A stretch of 64,000 bases of DNA from Candidatus Methanomethylophilaceae archaeon (GCA_944320495.1 CALUHR010000013.1:1-64000), one strand, 5' to 3'; shown: positions 40,158-51,087, counted from the stretch's first letter. Notes: generated from the letters alone by a model not told the origin. A program made the numbers and translations.

Positions 40158-41135
40158 TTGGGCATCGTCGAGGATATGGTCGAGGCCCTGTCCTCCGACA
40201 GGACGAAGGCCGTCCTCGTCCACGGGAACGCGGACATGGACGCCGTCGGCTCCGCCTACGCGATAGCCCGCTGCTTCCCCAACTGCGCCATATTCGCCCC
40301 GGACGGGGTGGACCGCGTTGCGCGCATGGTCGCCGCCAAGATGGAGACGACCATCCGTGAGGGGGCCGGAGAGGGCTTCGAGATGCGCGTCGTCGTGGAC
40401 ACCTCCTCCCCCGAGCAGCTCGGAGAGGGCTTCGAGGGCGCCGATGTGGTGATCGACCACCACATGCCCACCGGGAGATGGGACGGGGTGCCGCTCTTCC
40501 TCTGCGACCCGGGCCGCACGTCCTGCTGCGAAATCGTGAAGGAGGTGCTGGACGCCGCCGGGATCGACATCCCGAGGGACGCCGCCCTCATGCTCCTGGG
40601 AGGGATGCTGACAGACAGCGGACACTTCCAGTTCGCGAAGCCCGCCATGATGAGGACGTTCGCCGACCTCATGGAGAGCGCTGGGATAGACATGGACGAG
40701 GCCATGCTGCTCGTGCAGGCCGAGGCCAGCATATCCGAGAGGATAGCCATGCTGAAGGCCGTCGGTCGCGTGAGGTTCGAACGCGTCGGCCAGATGATCG
40801 TAGCCACGTCCAGCGCGGGGAGCTTCGAGGCATCCTCCTGCAGGGCGCTGCTGTCCTGCGGCGCGGACATAGCCTTCGTCGGATCCCAGAGGGAGAACGC
40901 CTTCCGCATCAGCGGGAGGGCGACCCAGGACGCCGTCCGCAAGGGAGTTCATCTCGACGAGATCGTCGCCAAGGTCGGCGGTGAGACCGACTCCGACGGC
41001 GGCGGACACGGAGGCGCCGCCGGCATCAACGGGACAGGCGACGTCGAGGCCATGCTGATGATCTGCATGGAGAACACTATGGACGCCATGAGGGCCATAA
41101 AGGCCAGGGAGGACGCTGAGCGCCTCCAGCAGTGA
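40158..41135 (+). CDS. DHH-family phosphoesterase
   Basis: HGNADMDAVGS, VVDTS, IDHH, GMLTDSGHF and GGGHGGAAG. Confidence 0.88.
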   Translation: MGIVEDMVEALSSDRTKAVLVHGNADMDAVGSAYAIARCFPNCAIFAPDGVDRVARMVAAKMETTIREGAGEGFEMRVVVDTSSPEQLGEGFEGADVVIDHHMPTGRWDGVPLFLCDPGRTSCCEIVKEVLDAAGIDIPRDAALMLLGGMLTDSGHFQFAKPAMMRTFADLMESAGIDMDEAMLLVQAEASISERIAMLKAVGRVRFERVGQMIVATSSAGSFEASSCRALLSCGADIAFVGSQRENAFRISGRATQDAVRKGVHLDEIVAKVGGETDSDGGGHGGAAGINGTGDVEAMLMICMENTMDAMRAIKAREDAERLQQ

Positions 41136-41187
41136 AACGGAACGGGTTTTATGCGCCGAGGGGCGGTGGATCCCCGCCCCTCGGCGC

Positions 41188-42255
41188 TCATCTGAGCTTG
41201 GAGAGGCCGGCGACGATCTCCTGGAGCCTCTCGTAATTCTCGGGGTGCTCCTCGAAGTAGTCCCTGACGGGCTGGAGGGTCTTCCAGATGCCGTCGGACA
41301 CACCGGTCTTGAGGTCCACGGGGGACAGCTGGCCGCCGAAGTAGGCCTCGGTGAGCTCCTCGTAGGACGAGTAGTCCACGGGACCGCCGTACTTCTCGGG
41401 GCGCTCGATGTGCATCGTGCCCTCCCTCGGGAATATGACGTACCTGCACAGCATCAGGACGGGGTTGACGTCCTCGTTCTCCTTCTCCGGCGGACAGTAC
41501 GCCTTCTTCATCTTGGCGGCGATGTCCTCGCGGGTGTCGTGGATCCTGATGCCGCTCTTGGGGTCGCTCTTGGACATCTTGGACTCGGCGGGATCCATCC
41601 TGTTCCCGCCCTTGAGGCCGGGGAGCAGGGGCGTGTGGAGCGCGACGGGCTTCTTCCATCCGAGCTTGTCGGCGGCATCCCTGGCGAGCATGTGCGCCCT
41701 GCGCTGGTCCAGTCCGGCGTAGGCGAGGTCAACGTCCATGCAGAAGATGTCGGTGGCCTGGAGGATCGGGTAGAAGAGCTTGGATGCGTCGACCTCGGCC
41801 TCGTCCTCCGAGCGGCCCATGATCGTCATTGCCCTCTTCACCCTGGACAGGGACGTGACCTTGGCGACCTTGATGACGGTCTCCCAGTACTGGATGTCCG
41901 AAAGCACCTCGCTGGCGTACTTGAACTCCACGCTCTCCCTGGGGACCCCCAGGGCTACGAAGCAGTCCTCCATGTACCTGGCGCAGGCGCGGATGTTCTC
42001 CAGGTCTCCGCCCATCTTGTCGTTGATGTAGGCGTGCCAGTCGGCCCAGAACACGGTCACCTTGAATCCGGCGTCGGCGAGATCCCTGATCTTCTGCGCG
42101 ACGAGGACCCATCCCAGATGCACGATTCCTGAGGGCTCGAATCCGATGTATGCTGTGGGGTGCTCCTTCTCCCTGATGAGGGCCGCGAGCTCTTCGTCCG
42201 TGACGACCTCCACGGCGTTCCTCGTGACGAGTGCCAGTCTCTCCTCGGCGTTCAT
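41188..42255 (-). CDS. tyrS: Tyrosine--tRNA ligase (archaeal type)
   Basis: AYIGFEPSGIVHLG, WADWHA, YPILQATD, GLDQRRAH and KMSKS. Confidence 0.95.
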   Translation of the reverse strand: MNAEERLALVTRNAVEVVTDEELAALIREKEHPTAYIGFEPSGIVHLGWVLVAQKIRDLADAGFKVTVFWADWHAYINDKMGGDLENIRACARYMEDCFVALGVPRESVEFKYASEVLSDIQYWETVIKVAKVTSLSRVKRAMTIMGRSEDEAEVDASKLFYPILQATDIFCMDVDLAYAGLDQRRAHMLARDAADKLGWKKPVALHTPLLPGLKGGNRMDPAESKMSKSDPKSGIRIHDTREDIAAKMKKAYCPPEKENEDVNPVLMLCRYVIFPREGTMHIERPEKYGGPVDYSSYEELTEAYFGGQLSPVDLKTGVSDGIWKTLQPVRDYFEEHPENYERLQEIVAGLSKLR

Positions 42256-42292
42256 TTCAATCGGCGCCCAATCTCAGATTAGATAAAAATGG

Positions 42293-42871
42293 ATGTCGAT
42301 ACGGGAGGACATGGAGCTTCGCAGACTCAGGGAGAGCTTCTTGGAGGGGCCGTCCGTCGACCGCGACGGCTATGAATACTTCGTCAACCCGCTCTCCGAC
42401 GGCCTCCCCCGCGTGGACAGGGAGCTGCTGGACGAGGCGGTGTCAGGCATCCTGGAGGTCGCGGAGCTGGACTGCGATGTGATCCTCGCCCCGGAGGCCA
42501 TGGCCCTGCCGATAGCCGCTGGGATCACACTGAGGACCGGCATCCCCTATCTGGCGATACGCAAGCGCCCGTACGGGCTCCCCGGCGAGATCTCGTTCGG
42601 GAAGCGCACAGGGTACTCCGAATCGATGATGCACGTCTCGACGCTGAGACCGGGCGAGAGGGTGGCGATCGTGGACGACGTCCTCGACACGGGCGGGACT
42701 GCGAGGGCCACCGTGGACGCGCTCCGCGGGGCTGGGATCGTCGTCACGGAGATCGTGGCCGTATTCGACCGCAATCCCGACAGCGACGCCCTGTCCGCCG
42801 AGCTCGGGGTGCCCATCAGGACGCTGCTGAGGGTGGGCGTCGAGGACGGAGGGCTCATCGTCAGGGATCGA
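42293..42871 (+). CDS. hpt: Hypoxanthine/guanine phosphoribosyltransferase (archaeal)
   Basis: YEYFVNPLSDG, EAMALP, IRKRPYG and IVDDVLDTGGT. Ends GGLIVRD then CGA at 42869-42871; standard end is 43066, inside the next gene. Alternative start at 42311. Confidence 0.85.
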
Positions 42872-42948
42872 CGGTACACATCGAAGACCGTACATGAAGT
42901 GCTGACGCAGTCGGTCCGCTATTTCTACATGGAGCCGGAGAGGGCGTC

Positions 42949-44217
42949 ATGGACCCCTCCCTGCTGGCAGTATGTCTCGCGATGTCCGCGGTCGGATGCG
43001 CACTGGGCCTGTTCAGCGGCCTCGTCCCAGGGATACACGTCAACACGCTGGCGGCTATGCTGCTGACCGCATACCCTGCCCTAGAGGCCGCGCTGCCGCT
43101 GGGAGAGACGGAGGCGGCCGTCGCCGTGGGATGCTGCGTGATGGCGGCCTCCGTGGTCCATTCCTTCGTAGACTTCGTGCCCTCGGTCTTCATAGGGGCG
43201 CCGGATGCGGAGGACGCCGTCTCAGTGCTCCCCGGACACCGTCTGCTCCTGGCCGGGAGGGGCATGGAGGCCGTCCGTGCGGCGGCCGTCGGAAGCCTGG
43301 TCGGATGCTCCGCCTCGCTGCTGCTGGCACTTCCCCTCCAATGGGCCCTCATTCACGGTGCGGAGGGACTGCTGGACCTCCTGACGCCTGCTGTGCTTAT
43401 GCTGGCGTGCGCTGTCCTGCTCTCGTCCGAGTGGCGCAGAGGGAACGGCCTGTGGGGTCCCGCCCTGATGCTCCTCTCCGGAACCCTCGGGCTGGGCTGT
43501 ATGGTGCTGCCGATACCCATGGACGGCGTGCTGGGGGAGGGGAGCGTCATGATGCCCCTCCTCACCGGGCTGTTCGGGGTGCCCGTGCTGCTGGAGACCG
43601 GCAGGGCATCCAAGATACCTCCGCAGAAGGACATCGTCTCGGATCCCGTGGGGGTGCGCCCGGGGCTCCGCGGCGTCCTGATGGGGGCCGTCGCCGGATG
43701 GTTCCCCGGGATCACGTCCACCGTCGGGGCATCGATGTCCGCCGCGGTGCTGCCCGAGAGGGGCCCGGCGAGATTCATCTCCACGGTCGCCTCGATAGGC
43801 ACCGTCACGTCTGTGCTGGCACTTGTCACCCTGTCCGTCTCGGGGAACGGCAGGTCGGGGACCGCCCTGGTCATCGGGGACATATTGGAGGGGTCCCTCG
43901 GCGGGTTCGCCTCGGGTCCGTTCCTGATGCTGCTGCTATCCGCGGCGGTGGCATCGCTCGCGGGATACTGGCTCACGATAGCCAGCGGAAAACTTCTGTC
44001 CCGCACCGTCGGCAGGATCGACCCACTGAGGCTCAGCAGGGCGATGCTGGCTCTCCTGACGGCGCTGACGTTCGCCCTGAACGGCCCGGCTAGCCTGCTG
44101 GTCCTCGTCTCAGCCACGGCCGTCGGGCTGCTGCCCGGGATGTGCGGCACCGGGAGGGTCATCCTCTGCGGAAGCCTGATACTCCCGGTGCTCGCGTTCA
44201 AGCTGGGTCTCGCCCGA
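42949..44217 (+). CDS. TctA-like (tripartite tricarboxylate transporter family) integral membrane protein
   Basis: GLVPGIHVNT, HSFVDFVPSVFIGAP, VLPGHRLLLAGRG and PLLTGLFG. Ends AFKLGLA then CGA at 44215-44217, abutting the thioesterase stop; standard end is 44829, which would span the whole thioesterase gene and enter the helicase gene. Confidence 0.82.
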
Positions 44218-44604
44218 TCACTCGAGCTTCGACCTAGCCTTGGACATGAACTTGGCGTCGTCGACCACGAAGCGCTCTTGGGTGCCGGAGCCGATCTCGC
44301 CCTTGGCGTCCCTGACGACGACCCTGAAGACGAGCCTCCTGCGGTCCACCTCGACGAGCTCTGTCTCGCAGGTGACGTCCATGCCGACCGGCGTGGCCGC
44401 GGAGTGGGCGACATCCAGATGAGTGCCGACGGTGCTGGTGCCGGGCTCGAGGTGCGGAGCGACGCTGTTGCTCGCGGTGGCCTCGATGAGGGCTATCATG
44501 GCCGGGGTGGCGAAGACTGGGAGTGTGCCGGAGCCGACGGCCTCGGCGGTGTTCTCGGGGGTGACGGAGACGGTCCTCGTCCCTCTGATGCCTGCTTCTA
44601 TCAT
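44218..44604 (-). CDS. Hot-dog thioesterase (FlK/fluoroacetyl-CoA thioesterase family)
   Basis: NTAEAVGSG, VFATPAMIALIE, TVGTHLDVAHSAATPVG and GTQER. Confidence 0.88.
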   Translation of the reverse strand: MIEAGIRGTRTVSVTPENTAEAVGSGTLPVFATPAMIALIEATASNSVAPHLEPGTSTVGTHLDVAHSAATPVGMDVTCETELVEVDRRRLVFRVVVRDAKGEIGSGTQERFVVDDAKFMSKARSKLE

Positions 44605-44714
44605 GAGAAGCGGCAGTCCCGCCTCGTTGATAACGGTGCCGTCCGTTCCCTCCCTTTAGGCACGCGGGCGCGCGCGCCATTATGTTTACAAACGAGCACC
44701 ACCTATCGTGTGAC

Positions 44715-47700
44715 ATGGGATTGGAAGATGACCTCTACGACGAGCTCTTCGAGCTCAGGGAGAACCTCCGGGACGAGCGCCGGCAGTCGAACGGACGCAT
44801 CCCGCAGATTTGCTCCGATGAGGCCCTGAGGGAGATGGCCCAGCGTGTGCCGACCAAGACGTCGGACTTCTCGGCCATCGTCGGCGTGGGCCAGAGATTC
44901 GTCGAGCAGTACGGCGAGGACTTCCTGGAGGTCACCAGGAAGTACGCCATCACGGCCGCCAACGGCTCCAACATCGACGCCGAGGCGGCGCAGACCCTCC
45001 GCGAGCTGGAGAAGAAGCTCATCAACATCAACAAGGCCAACAGGCTGCTGTTCCAGCCGAAGCTCTCGCGCAAGAACGCCTTCGACGTCATGACGCTTCC
45101 CGACGTGGACATCATGGGTCTGGTGTTCGGGAACAAGCGCACCCTCAAGCTCGTGGACACCGCCAAGGGCCCCGAGGCCACCAAGGCCTACAGACACCTG
45201 AACGAGATCATCCGCGAGGTCAACAGGGAGCAGAGGGACAAGGGTCAGTACGACCTCTACGTCGCTTATCCCTTCGTCGAGGGCAAGATGCCCGACGGGG
45301 ACCTCGACATCCGCGCCCCGCTGGCGCTGTTCCCCGTTATCCTGGAGAAGGACACCAGGGTCATCACGCTGAAGATGGACGACTCCAGGGATGCCATCTA
45401 CAACAACACGCTCATCCTCGGCTTCATCAAGGCCAGCGGCGTGAACCGCCCCCTCCCGGACAACATCCTGGAGGACTACAGCGGCGAGTCGTTCATGTCC
45501 AACCTGATCGAGTTCTACGAGGCCAACGGCATCCGCCTCGACTACCAGTACGGCCTGCCCGTCCAGTTCACCGAGTACAAGGCCGGGGAATTCCCCAAGT
45601 ACCAGCCCGGTGAGACGAAGCTGGTGCCGAACATCCTCATCGGGAAGTACCCCACGTACTCAAGCTCCATCCAGAAGGACTTCGACGGCATGCTGGCCGG
45701 CAGGGAGATCAACGGCATCCTCAACGACCTCATCGTCGACCTCAACAAGACGGACTACCTGTCCGACCTGCCCATGCCGCTCTCCGAGGAGGAGATCGCC
45801 GACAAGGGCCTGGAGGCGTCCGAGAGGGACCTCATCTACATCAACTCGCTCAACAGCTCTCAGGAGAACATCATCGCCGCCATGGACCGCGGCGACGAGA
45901 TCGTGGTCCAAGGACCGCCGGGCACCGGGAAGTCCCAGGTCATCACCGGCCTGATAACATCGGCCGTCATGAAAGGCAGGACCGTCCTGATGGTGTCCGA
46001 GAAAAAGACCGCCCTGGACGTCGTCTACTCCAGGCTGGGGACGCTGTCCAAGTACTGCCTTCAGATCGACGACGTCGCCAACAAGGAGAGCTTCTACAAG
46101 CAGCTCGCCAGGATGCTCGAGTGCGGCCAGCCCAAGAGGCCCGTGGACGTGGACGCCGTGTCCGACCAGATCGACAACGACGTGCTCCTGCTGGACAACA
46201 TCGCCGATGTGATGTACAAGCCCGGCGATTTCGGCATCGAGCCCTACAAGCTGTACGCCATGGACCGCTGGCTGAACCTCGACGACCGCAGGCAGTTCGA
46301 CGAGTACAAGGTCCTGAAGGACAACATCGAGCCGTCGCTCCTCAACCTCAAGTACCCCGCAGTGAGGGAGCTCCACAGGAAGTTCGGCGACCCGACCCTG
46401 ATGCGCAACTTCGACGAGTACAAGCGCCTGGTCCAGACAAACCCGTGGATGACCCAGATGAAGCCGGACCTCTCCGAGTACAACATCGGCGAGATGAAGG
46501 CCGACCTCCTCGACCTGGACAAGCAGCTCGCGGAATGGAAGACCAAGGGCTTCATGAGCAAGATGTTCTCCAAGGGGAAGATCAGCCGCGAGGCCACCGC
46601 CATGGTGGACAAGTACTTCGCGAACTACAACGAGCACACCGTCAACGGCGTCCTCGAGAACCCGCGCTCCTACTTCGACGCCCTGGACGGGTACGAGACC
46701 TACTCGTCCCGCGCCACGGTCTACGGCAGGCTCAACGACGACGAGAAGAACTACGGCGACGACATCCTCGCCGTCTCCGGCGAGACGAAGATGACGTTCC
46801 GCGAGAGCAACGACCGCATCTTCGACTGGATCCTCAACGAGCACCTCCAGATGTTCGACGCGTCCCACAAGGACATCATGCAGGAGATCTGGGACTTCGA
46901 ATCGATCATAGCCGACATGGACAGGAAGATCGGCGAGAAGAGGGAGCTCTGCAAGGACAAGGTCGAGGAGATCTTCCAGCAGAACCTCAAGTACATCACC
47001 GAGTCCAAGCGCCGCGGCGACATCAACAGGATCGTCGAGTCCAAGAGGAAGTGGAACCTCAACAAGTTCATCGGCCGCTACGGCTACGAGCTGTTCAAGG
47101 GCGTGCGCGTATGGCTGCTCACCCCCGAGGTCGTGTCCGAGATCCTCCCGCTGGAGATGGGCATTTTCGACGTGCTGATCTTCGACGAGGCCTCGCAGAT
47201 GTACGTGGAGAAGGGCGTGCCGTCCATCTACCGCGCCAAGAAGGTCATCGTCGCCGGCGACCACAAGCAGCTGCGCCCGTCGTCCCTCGGGGTCGGGAGG
47301 ATCGAGTACGAGAGCGACGAGGACGACCCCGAGGACGACGTTTCGGCCGCCCTCGAGGAGGAGAGCCTGCTGGACCTGGCCCGCGCCAGGTACGACTCCA
47401 TCCTGCTGAACTTCCACTACCGCTCCAAGTACGAGGAGCTCATCGCGTTCTCCAACTACGCGTTCTACGGCGGAAGACTGTACGTCTCGCCCAACGTGGA
47501 GGAGCCCGAGCGCCCGCCGATAGAGGTGCTGAGGGTGGACGGCCTGTGGGAGGACAAGTCCAACATGGCCGAGGCAAGGCAGATCGTCTCCCTCCTGAAG
47601 GACTTCTTCGCCACCAGGAGGAACAACGAGACGGTCGGCATCATCACCTTCAACTCGTCCCAGAGGGACCTGATAAGCGACGTCCTGGACGAGGAGTGCG

Positions 47701-48446
47701 CCTCCGATCCGTCCTTCGGCAAGGCCGTGAACGACGAGATGCGCAGGTTCGACAACGGCGAGGACGTGGGACTGTTCATCAAGAACATCGAGTCCGTCCA
47801 GGGGGACGAGCGCGACGTCATCATGTTCTCCGTCGGATACGCCAAGAACAGCGAGGGCAAGCTCATGCAGAGGTTCGGATGGCTCAACAACCGCGGAGGG
47901 GAGAACCGTCTGAACGTCGCCATTTCCAGGGCCAAGAAGAAGATCTACATCGTCACGTCCTTCGACCCGGAGGACCTGCAGGTGGACAACGTCAAGAACG
48001 ACGGCCCCAGGATCCTGAAGAAGTACCTCCAGTACGCCCGTGCGGTCAGCGACGGGGACAAGGGCATGGCGGATTCCATCCTCAAGTCCTTCGGCGACGA
48101 GCGCTGGACCGTCCCCGACGAGATCGGCGAGTCCAAGATCGCGGACAAGGTCTACAACGCCCTGGTCCGCAAGGGATACACCGTCGAGCGCAACGTAGGC
48201 ATCGGAGGGTACCAGATCGACCTCGCCGTCAGGCAGAGGGACAGGTACATCCTCGGCATAGAGTGCGACACCCACCTCTACAACCTCCCGGCATCGACGA
48301 GGGAGAGGGACTACCACAGGCAGAAGTACCTCGAGTCCAGGGGGTGGAGGATCCACAGGGTCTGGACCCCGGGGATGTGGAAGAGTCCCGAGAGGGAGAT
48401 CGCCAGGATAATAGAGGCCATCGAGAAGAGCACCGGGACGGTCTGA
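44715..48446 (+). CDS. HRDC - DUF4011-like - SF1 (Upf1-like) helicase - Vsr-like nuclease multidomain protein
   Basis: N-terminal HRDC-like segment (ICSDEALREMA...IVGVGQRFVEQYG), QGPPGTGKS, LVSEKKTALDVV, IFDEASQ, GDHKQL, HYRS, ESVQGDERD, RLNVAISRA and C-terminal GYQIDLAV...IECD...RGWRIHRVW. Confidence 0.8.
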   Translation: MGLEDDLYDELFELRENLRDERRQSNGRIPQICSDEALREMAQRVPTKTSDFSAIVGVGQRFVEQYGEDFLEVTRKYAITAANGSNIDAEAAQTLRELEKKLININKANRLLFQPKLSRKNAFDVMTLPDVDIMGLVFGNKRTLKLVDTAKGPEATKAYRHLNEIIREVNREQRDKGQYDLYVAYPFVEGKMPDGDLDIRAPLALFPVILEKDTRVITLKMDDSRDAIYNNTLILGFIKASGVNRPLPDNILEDYSGESFMSNLIEFYEANGIRLDYQYGLPVQFTEYKAGEFPKYQPGETKLVPNILIGKYPTYSSSIQKDFDGMLAGREINGILNDLIVDLNKTDYLSDLPMPLSEEEIADKGLEASERDLIYINSLNSSQENIIAAMDRGDEIVVQGPPGTGKSQVITGLITSAVMKGRTVLMVSEKKTALDVVYSRLGTLSKYCLQIDDVANKESFYKQLARMLECGQPKRPVDVDAVSDQIDNDVLLLDNIADVMYKPGDFGIEPYKLYAMDRWLNLDDRRQFDEYKVLKDNIEPSLLNLKYPAVRELHRKFGDPTLMRNFDEYKRLVQTNPWMTQMKPDLSEYNIGEMKADLLDLDKQLAEWKTKGFMSKMFSKGKISREATAMVDKYFANYNEHTVNGVLENPRSYFDALDGYETYSSRATVYGRLNDDEKNYGDDILAVSGETKMTFRESNDRIFDWILNEHLQMFDASHKDIMQEIWDFESIIADMDRKIGEKRELCKDKVEEIFQQNLKYITESKRRGDINRIVESKRKWNLNKFIGRYGYELFKGVRVWLLTPEVVSEILPLEMGIFDVLIFDEASQMYVEKGVPSIYRAKKVIVAGDHKQLRPSSLGVGRIEYESDEDDPEDDVSAALEEESLLDLARARYDSILLNFHYRSKYEELIAFSNYAFYGGRLYVSPNVEEPERPPIEVLRVDGLWEDKSNMAEARQIVSLLKDFFATRRNNETVGIITFNSSQRDLISDVLDEECASDPSFGKAVNDEMRRFDNGEDVGLFIKNIESVQGDERDVIMFSVGYAKNSEGKLMQRFGWLNNRGGENRLNVAISRAKKKIYIVTSFDPEDLQVDNVKNDGPRILKKYLQYARAVSDGDKGMADSILKSFGDERWTVPDEIGESKIADKVYNALVRKGYTVERNVGIGGYQIDLAVRQRDRYILGIECDTHLYNLPASTRERDYHRQKYLESRGWRIHRVWTPGMWKSPEREIARIIEAIEKSTGTV

Positions 48447-48460
48447 GAGGGTTGCTGGGA

Positions 48461-50476
48461 ATGAACGTCGGCGAGATAGACAGGAGGGGAGTGCGCGTCC
48501 TGCTGCTATGCTACATCATCTCGCTGATGTTCACCGTCGTATTCACGAGGCTCCCGGAGACGCTGGACTTCTCCGCCGCGCTGGGAGTGGCCCTCGGGCT
48601 GCTCTCCGGCCCCTGGGGGGCGGCCGGGTTCTCCCTCGGCTACCTCACCACGGGACTGGCCGACGGGGGATCGCTGGCCGAACCGGCCACCGAGACGGCT
48701 GTGCTGTTCCTGGTGTCCTACCTGGCGTACCGCCTCTGGTACTCCACGCTCACATGGATCAGGCCGAAGACGCCGATTCTGGGGACCGCCCACAACATGG
48801 GGAAGGTGTTCCTGGTCTCCGCCGGCTCGTCCATCGTGTACGCGTGCCTGGACCACGGGCGCTACATCGTGATACACGGACAGAGCAGCATGCTGCTGCT
48901 GGATGTGAACACCATACTGCTGGTGCTCGCGCCCTCTATCATCCTCACTATGGCCGCCATCTTCGTGACGGGCGTCCTGAGGATACCCCACTGGACCCCC
49001 AGGCCGGCGGCGATCAAGGGCTATCTGCCCTCCTTCGACCCGAGGGTGTTCGACCTCGCACTGGTGCTCTCCATACCGGTGGCGCTGTCGTCTTCGCTGG
49101 CCGGGAGCTTCGCCTGGGTGCCGACCGTCGCGGCCTGCGCGCTGGTCGGGTTCTCGCTCCTGAAGCCGTCCATGGCGGTGCGCGAGTGGGAGCTCCCCGC
49201 CAAGGGCAAGGGGGCGAACACCTTCAAGAACCAGGTCAACGACCGCATCATCATCATGCTGTGCATGATCGGCCTCGGCGCCATCCTTCTCGTGGCGCTC
49301 ACCTACACCTACGGTCCGCTGGGCGACCTGCCCCTGGTGGTGGAGCTCGTGAAGGACTACGACGGCATCCTGCCGGGCGACCCGGCGGAGCTCGCCAAGT
49401 CCCTCTCGCTCCTCACGTACATCACGATCGCCATGTTCACCCTCATGGCCGTGGTGCTGATCCTGCTGAGGTTCATCGAGAACAGCGTCGTCACGCCCAT
49501 CAGGGCCATGTCCAGGGTCGCCAGGGACTTCATCATCTCCGATTCCGAGGTCAGCGCGGACGAGGTCGCCGACAGGTGCGCCGTCTACGCCGACAGGGAC
49601 AACGAGATCGGGGACCTGGCCAGGTCCCTCGGGAAGCTCACCAGGGACGTGGCCGACTACGTCCACGACATCGAGTCCCTCACCAGGGACAAGCAGGCGT
49701 ACCGCGCCGAGCTGGCCATCGCCAGGCAGATCCAGATGGAGCTGGTCAACAGGGACTTCGACTCCATGGACGGCACCGGGGTCAGGATCAGCGGTGTGAT
49801 GGACACCGCCAAGTCCGTGGGAGGGGACCTCTACGACTTCATGGCCCTCCAGCGCTACAAGGTAGCCGTGACCATCGGCGACGTCTCCGGCAAGGGGGTG
49901 CCCGCCGCGCTGTTCATGTCCCGCACCAAGACCCTCATAGAGGACCACGCGGGCCACGGCACCGACCCCGCCACATCCTTCCACGAGATCAACAACGCCC
50001 TCGCCAGGCACAACACCCAGGTGCTCTTCGTGTCATGCTGGCTCGGCATCATCGACACCCGCACCGGCGTGGTGGAGTTCGCGAACGCGGGCCACTGCCC
50101 GCCGCTGGTGCTGAGGGCGGCCACCGGGGAGGCCGAGTTCGTCCAGATGGACCCGTGCCCGGTCCTGGGGGTCATACCCGACACCGACTACAAGGTGGAG
50201 ACCCTCAAGCTGGAGATGGGGGACAGACTCCTGCTCTACACCGACGGCGTGACCGAGGCCAACGCCGGATACGAGGAGTTCTTCGGCGCCGAGAGGCTCA
50301 AGGGCGTGCTGGAGGACACGGCGTCGCTCACACCGGCGGACCAGCTCAAGGTCATCCGCGACGACGTGAGGAGCTTCGTCGGGAGCAACGAGCAGTTCGA
50401 CGACATCACCATGCTCATAGTGGAGTTCCAGGGACGCAGCAGCGCCACTGGGCTCCGCGCGGCTCCGGACGAGTGA
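48461..50476 (+). CDS. Membrane-bound PP2C/SpoIIE (RsbU-like) phosphatase with HAMP-like linker
   Basis: Multi-TM N-terminus, DNEIGDLARS HAMP-like helix, VGGDLYD, IGDVSGKGVPAALFM, NAGH, LYTDGVTEA and DDITML. Confidence 0.88.
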   Translation: MNVGEIDRRGVRVLLLCYIISLMFTVVFTRLPETLDFSAALGVALGLLSGPWGAAGFSLGYLTTGLADGGSLAEPATETAVLFLVSYLAYRLWYSTLTWIRPKTPILGTAHNMGKVFLVSAGSSIVYACLDHGRYIVIHGQSSMLLLDVNTILLVLAPSIILTMAAIFVTGVLRIPHWTPRPAAIKGYLPSFDPRVFDLALVLSIPVALSSSLAGSFAWVPTVAACALVGFSLLKPSMAVREWELPAKGKGANTFKNQVNDRIIIMLCMIGLGAILLVALTYTYGPLGDLPLVVELVKDYDGILPGDPAELAKSLSLLTYITIAMFTLMAVVLILLRFIENSVVTPIRAMSRVARDFIISDSEVSADEVADRCAVYADRDNEIGDLARSLGKLTRDVADYVHDIESLTRDKQAYRAELAIARQIQMELVNRDFDSMDGTGVRISGVMDTAKSVGGDLYDFMALQRYKVAVTIGDVSGKGVPAALFMSRTKTLIEDHAGHGTDPATSFHEINNALARHNTQVLFVSCWLGIIDTRTGVVEFANAGHCPPLVLRAATGEAEFVQMDPCPVLGVIPDTDYKVETLKLEMGDRLLLYTDGVTEANAGYEEFFGAERLKGVLEDTASLTPADQLKVIRDDVRSFVGSNEQFDDITMLIVEFQGRSSATGLRAAPDE

Positions 50477-50675
50477 GATGGGTCTACCGCGCATTCGTGA
50501 GACCGCTGACCACCCTCCTATGATGCATGATCCTGGGACACGCCCGACGTCGATCCCGGCGATGGACCTGGCCTTGACGTTCCTGGTCGCGTAAATCCGC
50601 GAGGACATAATGGAATTGGGCGACACCAAGCGGTTCGACGGCATGACGACGCTGCTGGCCCGCTACGACGGACCG

Positions 50676-51014
50676 TCGCACCAGGCGCGAGCGGACCATG
50701 TCCTGATAGGCCGCGCCCCAGAGGTCCAGCTCCTCCAGGACCGGGAGGACGGACATGCCGACGCTCGTAAGCGAGTACTCGACGCGCTGGGGCGAGTCGC
50801 AGACCACAGTGCGACTGATCAGACCGTCGGACTCCAACTCCCTCAGGGTTATCGTGAGCATGCGCGACGACCCCTCCCCAGTGAACCGCTTGAGCTCGTT
50901 GAAGCGCATCCGCCCATGGGAGGACAGCATCCACAGGACGAGGATCTTGTGCTTGCCGCCGAGGAGCCTTATCGTGGTGGCGAACGGGGTCTCCCCCTCG
51001 GGTATCGGGTCCAT
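50676..51014 (-). CDS. HxlR-family transcriptional regulator
   Basis: LLGGKHK, RFNEL, MLTITLRELESDGLISR and RVEYSLT. The first CGA (50678-50676) gives 112 aa; the standard code gives 176 aa (to 50484). Confidence 0.87.
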
Positions 51015-51087
51015 GCGACCCCATCGGAAGGGAGGGAATTAACGGTTCCTCCTACCTATATTCTATATCTATGGCGATGCGGGACGC

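Noticed and set aside
46121-48460. Apparent 1451-aa ORF suggesting a giant SpoIIE fusion
   Set aside because: The first 780 codons are an off-frame shadow of the helicase gene; the real protein starts at ATG 48461.
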